Source: Lophium mytilinum | Taxonomy: Eukaryota | Reading direction: 5' to 3' | Assembly: GCA_010093605.1 (NCBI GenBank) | Contig: MU004182.1 | Coordinates: 2,217,195-2,281,194, forward strand | Length of the DNA stretch: 64,000 nucleotides | Shown here: piece after piece, positions 1 through 12,947 of the stretch | Layout: every line of letters starts with the position of its first letter | How positions within the stretch are numbered: the first letter of the stretch is position 1 | Made by a program: the position numbers and the translations under genes | The notes under the pieces: model-generated | Told to the model about the DNA's origin: nothing | The model's input: only the letters and a program-made list of their open reading frames with translations | Databases searched by the model: none

Positions 1-163
1 ACTTGTATGTTGTAGTTTATAGAAATGGAGCGCATTTTCATTTTCATCATAGTATCTTTATCAAGAGCTGGCTTTCCAAGTTCTCCCTAACTCTGTCTGT
101 TCCCTTTCACCCCTCTCACTTTCCACACCCTATGTGCCTCCCCCGAGACAGCCATCCCCGCCC

Positions 164-376
164 TCATCGCCAGCCCGCTACTCCCGTACAAAGACTACAC
201 ATTCCCGGCGCCTCCCCAACGATCTTCGTACTCGTAACCGCACAAGCCGCCCCTCTCGCCCACGCAGCCTGGCACCTCACTGTAGTAAGAGAGTTATACC
301 GGCTGAAGTAGTCATGAGTCGCGGTGTCTTGGATGTGTCTACAGCCACGGTAGCTGATAGACTCGACGTAACACAT
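164..376 (-). CDS. 70-aa Cys/His microprotein (MC..CxH..C..C..CxxC family, copy A)
   Basis: ATG at 376 in CAAAATGTG context; MCYVESISYRGCRH...RCQAAWARGAAC...MCSLC; similar to the neighbouring ORF 690-923. Confidence 0.6.
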   Translation of the reverse strand: MCYVESISYRGCRHIQDTATHDYFSRYNSLTTVRCQAAWARGAACAVTSTKIVGEAPGMCSLCTGVAGWR

Positions 377-689
377 TTTGAGAAGTTGTGTGAAGAGCGA
401 GTTTGTGGGTTGGAGAATGGTAGAAGGTACTTCGAAGATGCAGATGGTAGAGGTGCTTTTGAGGGTGTTGGATGTGGGTGTGGTGTTGGATGTGGTAGAC
501 CCAACGTGCCTTTTATCTACAGACTCGGAAATGGCTTTGTCGATAAACAACACCTCATTTGGTGAATCATACCCCAATTCACCTCTTTCTGAACATCGCC
601 AGCACTCCTTGCCCACCCCGTCAAGCCAGTTCGACCTCGATCCCGCTGCTAGCCGCCTTCCCCGCCGCCGACTAATTCAATCAACCTGC

Positions 690-923
690 CTAAATGAGAG
701 CATAGAATGCTGGCTTCTTCATCGGACACCTCCCACATCGCTCCATTGAGTGTTCAACCACGTCGGTGCTTGTGACTTCACACGCGACACCTCCACGCTC
801 TCGCGCCTTCTCGCAGTAGATAGTGAGCGGGACCTTCTCCGTGGTATCACCCTCCTTGACATAGACCATGAGGTCGACGAGGTGGTCGCAGGGGCGGTGG
901 TAGATGGATTTGACGTAGCACAT
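690..923 (-). CDS. 77-aa Cys/His microprotein (copy B)
   Basis: CACAATGTGC start context; MCYVKSIYHRPCDH...YCEKARERGGVAC...RCGRC. Confidence 0.65.
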   Translation of the reverse strand: MCYVKSIYHRPCDHLVDLMVYVKEGDTTEKVPLTIYCEKARERGGVACEVTSTDVVEHSMERCGRCPMKKPAFYALI

Positions 924-1694
924 TGTGGCTAATTTGGCCGCGAGTGTGGTAGATGGATATTCGACTTGTTTAGTACTGTTTTCGAATGATGGGTGTGGAC
1001 GGCTTTGTGGAGAATCTGCTTGGTTTTAGTGTGGCGAATGGTATGTTGGGATTGTACGTAGGATACATTTGAGTGCTAAGAGCTACTTGTGGATGTAATG
1101 GCGATGTCTTTGATTGCGGTGGATTGGTGACGTAGTAGATGGCGCGATAAAGAAGCTTCTACCGTATGGAATAGAAGGATCTGTGAACAGTGTCTGCGAA
1201 GTGCTGTTCTGTGAGAACGGGGCTTTTATGGAAGGAGCTGGCAAGGTCTAACGGGAGGGTGAAGGAAACGCACGTGACCGGCCTTCACCATGCTGTCTGC
1301 CAACGTCACTCTCAGCTTATCCAGCGCATCCGCTTTCACCTTCTACTCGGAATTTAGTCTCTCCTACACATCGTCAAGCTAAGCACATCGGCTATGTTCC
1401 TCAGCTGTTAGCGCCACATATACCTCCACATCTCTGTATCGCCATACAGTTTTCCTCAACCACGCAACCGCCAACACATCTCCCCTTCTCCCACCTCAAA
1501 GCCACCATGACCCGTTTAAAAACCCAGCAACACCCACGAACCCCCTGCGCTGTCCACCCGGCATCACTTGCCACCTCACTCTCACCTCTCACTTACCCAT
1601 AAACCCCATAAACCGCAATGCTTCAATGCCCAACCAGTCCCCAAAGCATCAAACATCAACCTACCAATACCCAAAGAAAACTAAAGAAACCACA

Positions 1695-1901
1695 ATGTGC
1701 CACATCAGATACACCCACCCCGCCTCCGCCCCCTCAACCTCGCAGCTCGCAACAATCTACCCCCCAAACCCAAATTTCATCCAGCAATGCATCCACGCGC
1801 GATACACCCGGCACCCATGCCCCAACCTCACCGTGTCGCACGAATATCCGTCGTCTTCTCTCCCGCCACCGCCCAATACCCTCAGCGAATCAAATTCGTA
1901 A
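1695..1901 (+). CDS. 68-aa degenerate microprotein of the same family (copy C)
   Basis: CACAATGTGC start; MC start and the central C-x9-C pair (QCIHARYTRHPC) are kept, CxH and CxxC are missing. Confidence 0.4.
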   Translation: MCHIRYTHPASAPSTSQLATIYPPNPNFIQQCIHARYTRHPCPNLTVSHEYPSSSLPPPPNTLSESNS

Positions 1902-2608
1902 GGCGGGTAGGCCCTGGTGGAGTTCGTGCACGGTCTCTCGCAGGTAGGGGGCTGAGGATGGGGGTGGGCGGGACGACGGAGGATGTAAATCAGGATGAGG
2001 GAGATTGCGAAGAGAGATGTATTGAATACGTCGACGAGACCAACGGTAGCGTGGAAGCTGTTGGACGGAATTCGAGGGAGATCTATAGGTGGAGTAGAGA
2101 TGGTGTGATTCCAACTATCGAGATGTGTGAGGATTGAGATTGTGGAGCTTGAGAGATGGAGAATAGTGTTCCTCCTAGTAAAGGCTTGTTCAGTGCCAAT
2201 AGAAATATGAGTGGAGATGTGTGCCGTGGGTATTTGGTGTACGTTAGAAGTCGAGGTAACCTTTGGCCACAAGGGCGGGTTTCTTGAGTTTTGCAATAAA
2301 ATTCCAATGGAATTAACGCAGGGGCTTCATCCCCGCTGAAATACGTACCACCCAGTGGCTCTGAAAAAGCTTCTGGGTCTAGTAATACCGTGCCGACCAA
2401 TCAACCAGCCTTTCACCCCATTCATGGATCCAACGACCGTACCAGGTCGTTCAAGCGTATAACCTCATCAACAAATGGCATCCACAATGGACGTCTCATA
2501 TAACGAAAGAAAGAGCCCCCAAATCGGAACCCACTCACAGCCCTGCTTATAATATTCGCTCCCACAACGCTGCATCGCTTCGTCTTCTTAAAAGCATCAT
2601 CACTTCCC

Positions 2609-3991
2609 TCACCTCCGCCACATCCCCTGAGTCGTCTCCCGAATCTTCCTCTCCTGCTCCCTGATCATCTCCTCGGTTTGTCCGTGCCCGTTGTTCCGGC
2701 TGTCAATCTCCATCGGGTCGCTGCCTTCAGCTACAGGCTGCGGAACCTGTGACGGTTTTGCTGCTGGGGGCGCTCCCCTCTTTGGATCATGGCTCACAAC
2801 CCCATCCATCATGCCGGCCGCACCGCCCGCTCTTAGCTGATTGATAGCGCGAATAGTGTCAATAGCAGCGTGCAGCGTGCGGCGCGCGTTGAAGTTCTTC
2901 TTGACGGTCGGTAGAAGATCCTCGTTGTTGTCGCTTGTCGTAGTGTCGGCAATCCACGGGTGCGAGAGAGCCTCGTGGGAGGTCATGCGGGCGGCGGGGT
3001 CGATCGTTAGACAGCGGCGGATGAACTCGCGGGCGGAGAGGGAAACCCCGCGCCAGTATTCTAAGGGAGTGAAGGAGTAGTCGGCGATTAGAATGGCTTG
3101 CATCTCTTCAAGGTTGGAGTCGCGGTCGAAAGGGGTGTAGCCGCAGAGGAGGAAGTAAGTAATTACTCCAATGGCCCAGACGTCGCTGTTAGAGGGTATC
3201 AGCAATTGACTACCTTCCAAGAGGATGAGGGGTTTCGGGGCAGGGGCATGGTCTGGAAAGTATACGTACACAGGCTTCCCGTGGCCAGTCTTCTTGAAGA
3301 TCTCAGGTGCCATATATCCCGGGGTTCCGCATGTCGTAGTCAAGACATGGAACTGCTCCTCGTCCATGATTCTGGAGAGTCCGAAATCCGCAATCAGCAG
3401 GTCCGCATTGTCTTCGGGCGTCCTGAAAAGGAGGTTCTCAGGCTTCAAATCGCGATGTACGATTCCATGATCGTGGAGGTAGGCGACGGCGGATAGGGTC
3501 GCCCGGATCAGGTCGGCAGCATCGGACTCATAGTAGTTGCCCTTTCTGCAGATGCGGTCGAAGAGCTCTCCGCCGAGAGCGAGGTCGGTAACCAGATAGA
3601 CTGTGGATGGGGTTAGCGGGGTCTAATAGGGATACCCCGAGTTATTCCGCTCACGGTTGTTCATGGTCTCGAAGTAGTCTACCAGTGTCAAGATATTCCT
3701 GTGGCCCATAGATACACGCTTCAGCACGGCGATTTCGTTTCTGACCTATAACCGTTCCATTAGCACTGCCTGTGAGCTCCGGTATGCGCAACTATCATCC
3801 GGACTCCAGATCGGAGTATTACCCACCATGTGCTCCCTCCCCGCCATGAGCCTCTTATTGATGACCTTGGCAGCATAATACCTCCCAGTGTCAATGTGCA
3901 CACACTCCTTGACGACCGAGTAGCTCCCCGCGCCAAGTGTCTTCCCCGTCTTGTACCGGCATGGCTGGATCTGTGCCTGTGGGCTCGCCAT
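2609..3991 (-). CDS. cmk1: Calcium/calmodulin-dependent protein kinase (CmkA/CMK1 type)
   Basis: Exons 3991-3827, 3745-3655, 3600-3270, 3185-2609; motifs GAGSYS, HRDLKPEN, DFG, CGTPGYMAPE; CaM-binding FNARRTLHAAI. Confidence 0.95.
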
Positions 3992-4547
3992 GGTATAGAG
4001 TGTTCGATCCCACGACTCTAGTCGACCGGAATGTGTGTCTTCAATAGGATGCTCGGTTGTAGGATAGTCTTTTGTGAGAGGCCGTCAGCCGTATGGCGGG
4101 TGCCTAGATATGCGCTCGAGGCTGTGGAAGAGGGCGGAGGTTCAAGGTGCAAGGCTGTCGATAATAATATATATGCCTTCGATGTAAGGGGGCTCTTGTG
4201 TCTGTTCGTGATAAGGCGTCTAGATCAGGCTTCCAGGCTCTGGTGGAGTAGGTTCGGCAGGCAGTCCCGTGCAGATCTTGCGACCCGACGATCCTTAGGC
4301 GCAGTTTTGGTCGCGAGGGAACGGTCTTAGAGTAGGTCTAAAGCCCAGCAGCATATGCTTATGATGAAGAGGGAGCGGAGTGTAGAATGGGCCGTCTCTG
4401 CGCAGCTCAGCTGAAACAATTGCGGGTTGGGGGGGGCTGAAGGCGGGCGACGATGTGGGGTCCAAATCGCGACAGGGTCTGTGCTGACCGAATCCCGGCT
4501 ACTGGAGCATCCCTGCAAGGCGGATTGCCAAGCAGTGAATTGCTATC

Positions 4548-4950
4548 TGCTAGGCATACCTATATATTTAGGAGAACAGTGGCACTCTCAAGCAACTCAC
4601 CAGTGTCTGGGGTGGCCTGGAGAGCTACCTAGTAGGCTTGCCAAAGCTGGTGTCTCCTGAATAGCATTAGGTTATTGGAGGACCTCAAACTGTGCTAGCC
4701 GAATGTAAAAGGACATATAAATGGTGGTCATACCTTACGGATTCGTGGAATGTCAATTCCCACTCGCAAGTTGTCTCGCAAAGTAGGCGCACCTGTCTGC
4801 CACCGCTTGGAGTGTTTCAACAACTTTCCACATAGTTCAAATACAACTATTTCTATCTTTTTTATCTTTCTGAAACCACGTTGAAGCACCACGAGCAGCG
4901 GCAGACAGGTGTATAAAAGTAGGATAGAGTGCCACTCTTTTTATGCCCCG
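4548..4950. mobile_element. MITE-like element, family 1
   Basis: Inverted AGTGGCACTCT (4578-4588) / AGAGTGCCACT (4926-4936); internal inverted repeat; colinear similarity to 28559-28942. Confidence 0.7.
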
Positions 4951-5412
4951 CATGACATCTCACACCTCTTTCTGCAATCCTAGAAGCACTTTGAGACCTT
5001 GGGACCATGCTCTTGAAATGCGACACGTGATCGCCATCTCGTCGATCTTGTCACCTCAGATTTGAACCCACACGCCCTTAGCACATACTCGAACTTGACA
5101 TCCTATATTTCATCAAGCGAGTATTGCCAGGGATCTCTCAGATCGGTACAAATACTGTCAAACCAATCGTCCGATACTCCCAATATAAAGTGCTAAGATG
5201 TAACATCTCTGCGCCCGATTTACACTCTCTAGAATTTGACATCCTGTGAATTGTGATGTCGGTATAGCCGGGGGTGTCGGAGATTGATCGGAGTACTATC
5301 AAAAAGTTAAAGGTCATTCCCCAAGTTTAGCGTTCTGTTACATGGCTTCGATATTGAGAGCTAAAGTTCACCAAAGTACAAGTAAAGCATCGACGAGGTT
5401 AGGGTGATTCAT

Positions 5413-5826
5413 TCATTCTGGCACTATATAACTCTCCATGAATCGTACAGCATCTTCCTCCCCCTTACAGAGACCCCATTCCGAGGGCGTCATCATTCTA
5501 GGTCCTCTTCCATCCTCGGGATCCATGGAAATCCTTTGATCTCGTTTGAATCCGCTGACAAGCAATTTCTTGATCATTTCCTTATTCCCACTTCCAACGG
5601 CACGATACAGAGCACGTTGGGATGCTGCACCTTTCTCAAGCAGCAAGATTGCTGCTTGCATTTGACTACAATCGATAGCCATGTCGAGAGCGCTATCACC
5701 GTTCTTATCACAAAAGTTGACATCCGCACCATGATCTAGCAAGACGTGCATGATGCCCAGCTCGCCAAGTTCGGACGCTTTAATCAGCGGCGAGTAGCCG
5801 TCATCTGACGTGCTATCTAGGCGCAC
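5413..5826 (-). pseudogene. Ankyrin-repeat gene fragment, probably 5'-truncated
   Basis: DGYSPLIKAS..LLDHGADVN..GDSALDMA ankyrin repeats; non-ATG start; MITE-like repeats lie just upstream. Confidence 0.6.
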
Positions 5827-5940
5827 TTCTTACAGGAGCGGACCTTCACGCCTGGAATGACAGAAAGATTACCTAGCTGTAACATACCACTCACTGGGCT
5901 CGATCGCAAGTCATAATCCTGTTATGTACAGTCCTAGGCT

Positions 5941-6292
5941 ATAAGTCTGGACATACAGACTTATTACAGCTCGGCTCCAACTTGCCCACTCAACACCGCT
6001 GTTGGGGGTAGCCTGGCTGCTAAGCAGGCAATAGGTCAAGCGGCACTCTAATCTACACTGCTTGAAACTTTATATTGCCCTAGAGTACACAGTATTAGAC
6101 TACAAGTCTAGTCACACGAATATATCGCTTACCTGGCTTAAATCTTGCTTACTGGACGCCACTGTTGGGAGTAGCTTGGCTGCTGAGCAGGCAGTTTGTT
6201 AAGAGGCAGTCTATCTGCACTGCTTGAAACTTGACATCGCCCCTGAGTTTTAAAGACCCTGTGGGGGTACTCCAAGCAGTGGCGTACCAGAC
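5941..6292. mobile_element. Two tandem degenerate copies of MITE-like family 2
   Basis: 5966-6086 and 6155-6290 match each other and 23383-23550 (CACCACTGTT..GGT.GCCTGGCT...CTGCACTGCTTGAA.CTTGACATC). Confidence 0.7.
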
Positions 6293-7249
6293 AGCGTTTG
6301 CGATGGCAGAAAAGGGGCTTGGACGTTTTCGTGGACGATGCTGGGGCGGGCGGCTTCGACTAATTATATTTACACCGATCTGTCCCCACTCTTAATCCGT
6401 GCTAGGTAAGCCCTTGCCAAACTTAGCTCATCTATCCTCTGTCCCATCCCTTGTTCATCAACAGCATCTCTACTCATGCTCCAGATTCACCTGCAGCGGA
6501 CGTTTTCAGCTACTGATGTGCCAACGATAATGCGAACGTTTGCCAGCCTCAGGCACCCGCCTCTCTCTCTCTCCTTTCGCTCCTATCTTCGTAACGAAGC
6601 ACCGGGCTTCCTATGCCGATGCTATTATCATATTCCGAATATGCAACATTTCCAAGAACTGTGACATGAGCTATAGCTCTACTGGTTGCGTAAGGTTCTC
6701 TTGAAGCAAAGTGGAATGATAACAGTTATATGTCACGTGACTATCTGCGACTTTGGTTCGTTCTTTGGCCTGAGGAAGACCATCAACCCTAAGCTGAAGG
6801 TTGAGACCGGCCTCCTATCATCCAACGCATTTGCACTTGTGGTCTGATGAGCTCAAAGCCAGGCTCAACCCACTGCGAATCAAAAACACACCAATAGAAG
6901 TCCCTAACAACATGACGAAGTGATACTGATAGCCAAGAGTGTCGAATGAGCTCATCAGGTTGCAGAATTTCCGATTGGTAGCCTCAGCCTTACTGGTAAG
7001 CTCTCTTCAGTGAGACCCGGTAACATATCATCGGGCGGAAGACAGCCGATAATGCTTATCACAGATCGGGGACGCACAAGACTACCCGATGGCACTACTT
7101 AGGACAGAAATAAGAACCCAGTTATGCCTTCTCTATCTATCATACTCCTTTCTACCTCTTGATCAACCACAGTAACTTCACAGCAATCCTAAGATTCACA
7201 GCAAACCACGAACCCCCACTTATCAGTTTAGCACGTGATCGATTCAGCG

Positions 7250-8573
7250 ATGGCACCCAACCTTGACATTGGAATCTTCATCCCGATCGGCAATGACGGA
7301 TGGCTGATCTCGACGACTGCACCGCGCTACATGCCCTCTTTCGAGCTGAATAAGCAAGTCGTGCAGAAGGCAGAGAGTTACGGCTTCGATTTCGCTCTAT
7401 CAATGATCAAGCTTCGGGGATTCGGCGGTGTCACTGAGCATTGGGACCACAACCTCGAGAGCTTCACACTAATGGCTGGCATTGCGGCAGTGACGAAGAA
7501 GATCAAGATATTTGCGAGCACGGCCATCCTGACATTACCACCTGCGATATGTGCAAGGATGGCGGTTACTATTGATAGCATTGCGCCAGAGCGGTTTGGA
7601 GTAGGTTGCGCTCGTCTTGACAAGCATTCCAAGGCTATGAGTCTTTTGAACCGTTTTACTGACAACGTCTTCCAGGTCAACATCGTGACCGGGTGGCAAG
7701 CAGCTGAGTATGAGCAGATGGGCGTCTGGCCAGGCAACAAGTACTTCGGCTACCGCTACGACTACGCCCAGGAGTACGTGCAGGTCATGAAGGATCTCTG
7801 GGGGTCAGGTGTCAGCAACTTCAAGGGCACCCACTTCACCATGGAAGACTGCAAGCTGAGCCCCAAGCCGACGGGCAAGATTCCGATTATCGCTGCTGGC
7901 CAAAGTGATCGTGGAACCAAGTTTGCTAGTGAATTTGCCGACTATAACTTCACTAGTGGCAAGGGGATCAATACGCCTACTGCTTTCAAAGAAACGCACT
8001 TGAGGCTGATCGAAGCGGCGAAGAGCACTGGGAGGGATGTTGGGGGTTTGGTAGGTCTACGACGTTGCTTTCAGCTCTTCAGCAGGACCGTTAGCTAATG
8101 CTGAGTATGTCAGGTCTTGATGATGTGTATTCCCGACGAGACCGACGAAAAAGCATGGGCAAAATGGAACTTGTACCGCGAAGGGACCGACTATGACGCT
8201 CTAGCTTGGGTGACGGGCCAGACGAGTCAAGGTAATACCCACTCCTTCTGCTCAAACGGCGCCTCGCGAATGCCTAACTTATATTCCTGAATGCTGATTT
8301 GCCACCTCAGACAAGCAAAAAGACGCCCGCGCTACCGCCTCTCGCCTGACCGCATCCGATCCCAACGGCGATCTTGTTAACATGAACGGTGGCACTCTCG
8401 TAGGCAGCTACGAAAGTATCGCCAGGATGCTCGACGAGATTGCAGAAGTTGAATACGTCAAAGGGGTTATGTTAACTTTCGACGACTTCCTGGTCGGGAT
8501 AGATCAATTCGGGAAGTACATCCAGCCACTGATGAAGTCAAGATCAAAGGTGAATGGGGTCAACGGTACGTAA
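7250..8573 (+). CDS. Bacterial-luciferase-like flavin monooxygenase, RutA (pyrimidine monooxygenase)-like
   Basis: Exons 7250-7600, 7676-8050, 8114-8231, 8311-8573; [34 protein letters not shown] motifs typical of RutA. Confidence 0.88.
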
Positions 8574-8761
8574 TTGGGGAGTTCACATCCAATGCAACTG
8601 CAATTTTAGCACACATCTACAGAATACTAGTTTTCACGACTAGCCTCCAATTCTCAAACATCAACCCCGCGTTTCAAAGCTCTCCGACAGCTTGATACCG
8701 CGAACCCATCCAGGCGGTATCCTTTCCAGGCAACTTGACTATATACTTCCACTGTGTGTGT

Positions 8762-8977
8762 CTATCTATCGAAAACCCAGCTCCTCCAGTTAGCCCGCTG
8801 CATGTCATACTCATTCACTGAGACTTCCCCACGGCACTTCGGGCAGAAGCCCACCTTCCGCTCTACACTTTCTCCCACACTGTAGCATCGGCCTCTACGG
8901 CCGTCGCCGCATGTAACTTGAATATTAGCAAACCTGTGGCCGCAGCCAGAGTAGGCCGTGTATTCCACGGAGCACAT
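8762..8977 (-). CDS. 71-aa Cys/His microprotein (copy D)
   Basis: CAAAATGTGC start; MCSVEYTAYSGCGH...TCGDGRRGRC...FCPKC. Confidence 0.65.
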   Translation of the reverse strand: MCSVEYTAYSGCGHRFANIQVTCGDGRRGRCYSVGESVERKVGFCPKCRGEVSVNEYDMQRANWRSWVFDR

Positions 8978-9612
8978 TTTGGTAGTGATGATGGGTAAGC
9001 AGAGTTATTTTTCACGAGTGTAAGCTGAGGGAGTGTGCAGTATAGTAAGAGCTTTGCGGTTTGGCGAGGTAAAGATATAATAATAATAAGAGTCTTTCTT
9101 TTCTTTATGTATTATAAAAAGTTAGAGGTAAAGTGTGTTGACAGGAGCAGATACAGCGCGGTGTGTACGTGGGTCCCACATTCACGGCCGCTCCTTCACT
9201 GCAACTCTTCACTGTGAAGCCCAGTACATGTTCTCAGGGGTCTGTGAGTAGCCCCAATCGTCATTTATGTCAAATGCTGTTTGGCTACTTAGAACTCGAG
9301 CTGCTTTAGTGCCTCTTAATGCCACGTACACGCCAGTTTACCATGCCATGGAGACGCTCAATGCAATCCTGGAGATTCGAAGTCCAATTTTATAAGTGGC
9401 ATAAGCTTGCCAGCCGTCCTGCTAGGGTATACGCATACCAAAGGCGTGGATGTCTACTCAGAACTTCTGTTGATACCTTGAGGAACTCGAAGCGATGGTG
9501 TTGGAGTGAACACACCAGTGACGACGGCACATTGGAAGTTACATTCATTTAGAAGGAGAAGCGGAGCTGTTGAATCTAGAAAGTAGCCTACATATAGGGG
9601 AAGATACCCTAC

Positions 9613-10587
9613 CTACACCCGAATCCTCCCCTGGCTCACCACAACGGCCGTCCCGCTAATCTCGATCTCCTCAATCTTGCCTCCCTCAACCTTAACTTTG
9701 ACCCCAATCTCGCTCCTCCGCCCCATCTCAACCCCCTGCACAATGTTCCACTCCCTCTTCCCACCCCTCTCCCCCTCTTCCTTCAAACTCAAATACCCCG
9801 TCAACGCACTCGCCGCACTCCCAGTTGCCGGATCCTCAATTTGCCTCACCATATACCTTGTCCGCACCGTCTCAACCCCTTCCTCCCCTCCCTCGCCCTG
9901 CGGGCCGCGAACATAGAAATACGCACCCATCGGCGCCGCATACTCCCACCCATCATCCAACAACCCCCCATCCCCCATAATCATCGCCGCCGCATTCCCC
10001 AACTTCGCGGCCGCAAGCGCCTCCAGCGAAGCAAGCTCAACAAGCACCCACGTCATCCCCTTCACGATACTGACGACCGGAAACGTCTGCTCTGCGCCTA
10101 CGAACGGGGCTAGCGTCGAATGCAACGCAAGAAGCTTTTCTGCGGGACAGCGTTGGGAATGCTCGTGGTACGTATGCGGCACGACTGCTTTGACGAACCC
10201 GGCTTTTCCGTCGACGAGGGAGATGGGGATAGGCCCCGCGCCGGGGACTAAGGCCTTGAGCGCATGCTGCCAGGGGTTCTGGAGGAGGAGGTAGGCAGCG
10301 GCGCCGATGGTAGGGTGGCCCGCGAAAAGGATCTCGCGGGTGGAGGTGAAGATGCGGGCGCGTTGGATGGCTTGGGTGATGTCTGAGTCGGTTGGCTGGT
10401 GGAGGAAGATGGTTTCGCTGAGGTTGAATTCCGAGGCGATTGCTTGGAGTTCTGATTGGCTGGGGTTGTAGTCCGCGGTTGGAGGGAGGAAGACGATGGC
10501 GAGGGGGTTTCCGGCAAAGCGGGTGGAGGTGAAGACGTCGAGGATCGAGTATTCGAGATCGCGGGTGTGGGAGGATGGAAGAGGCAT
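9613..10587 (-). CDS. PhzF/diaminopimelate-epimerase-like isomerase
   Basis: DVFT..FAGNPLA, EFNLSET, FAGHPTIG, EDPATGSA, QGVEMGRRS motifs; single exon. Confidence 0.92.
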   Translation of the reverse strand: MPLPSSHTRDLEYSILDVFTSTRFAGNPLAIVFLPPTADYNPSQSELQAIASEFNLSETIFLHQPTDSDITQAIQRARIFTSTREILFAGHPTIGAAAYLLLQNPWQHALKALVPGAGPIPISLVDGKAGFVKAVVPHTYHEHSQRCPAEKLLALHSTLAPFVGAEQTFPVVSIVKGMTWVLVELASLEALAAAKLGNAAAMIMGDGGLLDDGWEYAAPMGAYFYVRGPQGEGGEEGVETVRTRYMVRQIEDPATGSAASALTGYLSLKEEGERGGKREWNIVQGVEMGRRSEIGVKVKVEGGKIEEIEISGTAVVVSQGRIRV

Positions 10588-10932
10588 TTTGGGGGTAGTG
10601 GGGGGTTTTTGGGTTCTTTGAAGATGATGGAGTGGTGTGGTGGTGATTTGGGTTATATAGAGGAGGATGAGTCATGATGCCGAGGGCGCGTTCATGTTGA
10701 CAAAGGAATTATTAATCAAACTCCACGAATGCAAATACATAGATAGAGACGATTTAAAGAAGTGGGAGATACCGGCGTATGCTTTTAGAATATCTGATAC
10801 GGGACTACCCTAACTACAAAAGTCTGGTGGTAAGGGGTTGAGCTAGGAGCAGGAGGCGTGGAAAGGGCAAATCTCCAGCAAAGAAACGAACAGAAAGGAG
10901 CAAAAAAGATTTCCTTCTTTTTACTCCGGACT

Positions 10933-12947
10933 CTACGCGTCCCACCAATTCTCATGATACCCCCTCAGCTCCACCTTCCCCTCAACCGCCTCCTTCTGCA
11001 ACCACGGTGTCAGGTCCGTATTCAAAGCGTCGACCCCATCCTGGGCGAGAACATCCTTCTCACTCCACCCGTTCCCTAACCAACCGAATCGATTCCCTTG
11101 CTTGTTTATATACGTATACTCCCAATCTTCCCATCTCGGCTCCCGTCTCACCTGATTTACATGCGTCGCGCTCCCCGGCCACACTCCATGAATCCTCCCC
11201 CCCTTAATCCCACCGTTGGCCCAGCTGGAGCAGTGCTGGCTCAGCACCGTCTGCGGGAAGAAGCTCTCACAGTACGCTCTGAAGTCTGTTACTGCGGCTT
11301 GTGAAGGCGCCATGCTGCGGATGCCTTGGCTACTTATCTTCCGCAAGACTTTAGCTGTGTAGGTGAGCTGGTTTTCCACCGAGTGGCAGAGCGTGCCAGC
11401 CGGGCCGGTGGAGTTCGGGCCGAGAATTAGCAGCAAGTTGGGGAAGTTGGGAGCAGCGAAACTGAGATATGAGTCGGGGAAGCCGGGGTTGCCGCCAGGG
11501 CGCCAGGCAGCTTGGAGATCAGTGCCGTGCGCGTGGATGGGGAACGCAACGCTGAAGCTAATGTCGTAGCCGGTGCTGCAGATAACCGCGTCGACGTTTC
11601 TCTGGATGCCTAATGGGGAATTAGCATGGTGTGTTGGATTTCGGGGGTTTTAGGGAACTATACCGTCGGTGGTCACGATTCCCGTAGCGGTAAACCTTTC
11701 GATCGGAGTCGGAACGTATTCTACATTCTCTGCGGCAAGTGCCTCGAGATACCCAGGACCAGGAGTCAATCGACGGCAGTTTGGCGAGAAGTCAGGGATG
11801 ATAGCATCCAAAAGATCGTTGCGGTCACCCAAGCGGTTGGCCATCAGCTTCGTGATCGCTGCCTTCGCAATGGCACTCTTTTCGCTTTGCGCGAAGAAGC
11901 CTCCGTATCGACTAAATAGCCGCGACTCTAATGCCTTGCGGAACGCAAGGTATTCTTCGGGGCTTTGCTTTGCTTGTTCAATATTGTCGCGGACGAACTG
12001 ATCGAGATCTTCGCCGCCGATGGGTGCGGCTACCCAAGTCCTGCTCCGAGCATAGTGGTCGATGTGTGCCGCTACTTTTTGGAGCGGTGGGAGGACTTGT
12101 ATGCCAGATGCGCCGTTACTACAGCAGATTCGGTCAGAATGATGATCGAATGGAAGTAAAGGGGAGGAGATCTCACCCGATCACCGCAATCCTCTTTCCC
12201 GTAGGATCGAAGTTGGGATCCCAGTTCGAACTATGCCGCAAGTGACCTTTATACTCGTTAATTCCTGGGTAGCTCGGTAATCTAGGATCGCTGAAGTGCC
12301 CGGTGGCTGTGACCAAGAAATCGGCTTCATCAATAGAATCTCCGCTGCTGGTTTGCACGCCGACTAGCCATTTTCCCTTTTCTTCAGACCACTCAGCCCC
12401 TTTCACGCGTGAGTTGAGGTGGATGTATTTTGCTACGTCATATTTTTCCACGATTTTTTTCCAGTACTGTTTGATTTCCACTCCCTGAGCATAAGCTTCG
12501 CTCCATTCTATATTGGCGTCGAAGGTAGCCTGATATGCATGCGCTGGCACGTCGCAGCGCACTCCAGGGTAAATGTTTGCGTTCCACACGCCTCCCTAAA
12601 TTCTATATCAGTTCCAGTTATTCAGATTCGAGGTTGTGAGCGCATACAACATCCGATTGCCGTTCGTAGACGATCAGATCGATTTTCGGGACTTTGGCGG
12701 GGAGGAATATGCTCGCCATGATCCCGGTAATCCCTCCACCAACCACAACGACTCGCAAAGGGCGCACATCATCGATGGCATGGTCTTCTAACTCCAGTGG
12801 CGGCCAGACCGTCCTGAGAGGTGGCGGTTCTGGAGCATCGCTGGGAGCTGATATGTCCGCTTTGTCCTCAACGACAATCTGTGCTGTGCTTGAACTAGGT
12901 GTAAGATGCTGGAGGATACCCCCCAGACGAGATTGAGATTGAGACAT
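10933..12947 (-). CDS. FAD/NADPH flavin monooxygenase (BVMO/StcW-like)
   Basis: VVVVGGGITG, GGVWNANIYPGVRCDVPAH, YKGHLRHSSNW, RRLTPGPGYLEAL, CSTGY; about 4 exons. Confidence 0.9.
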
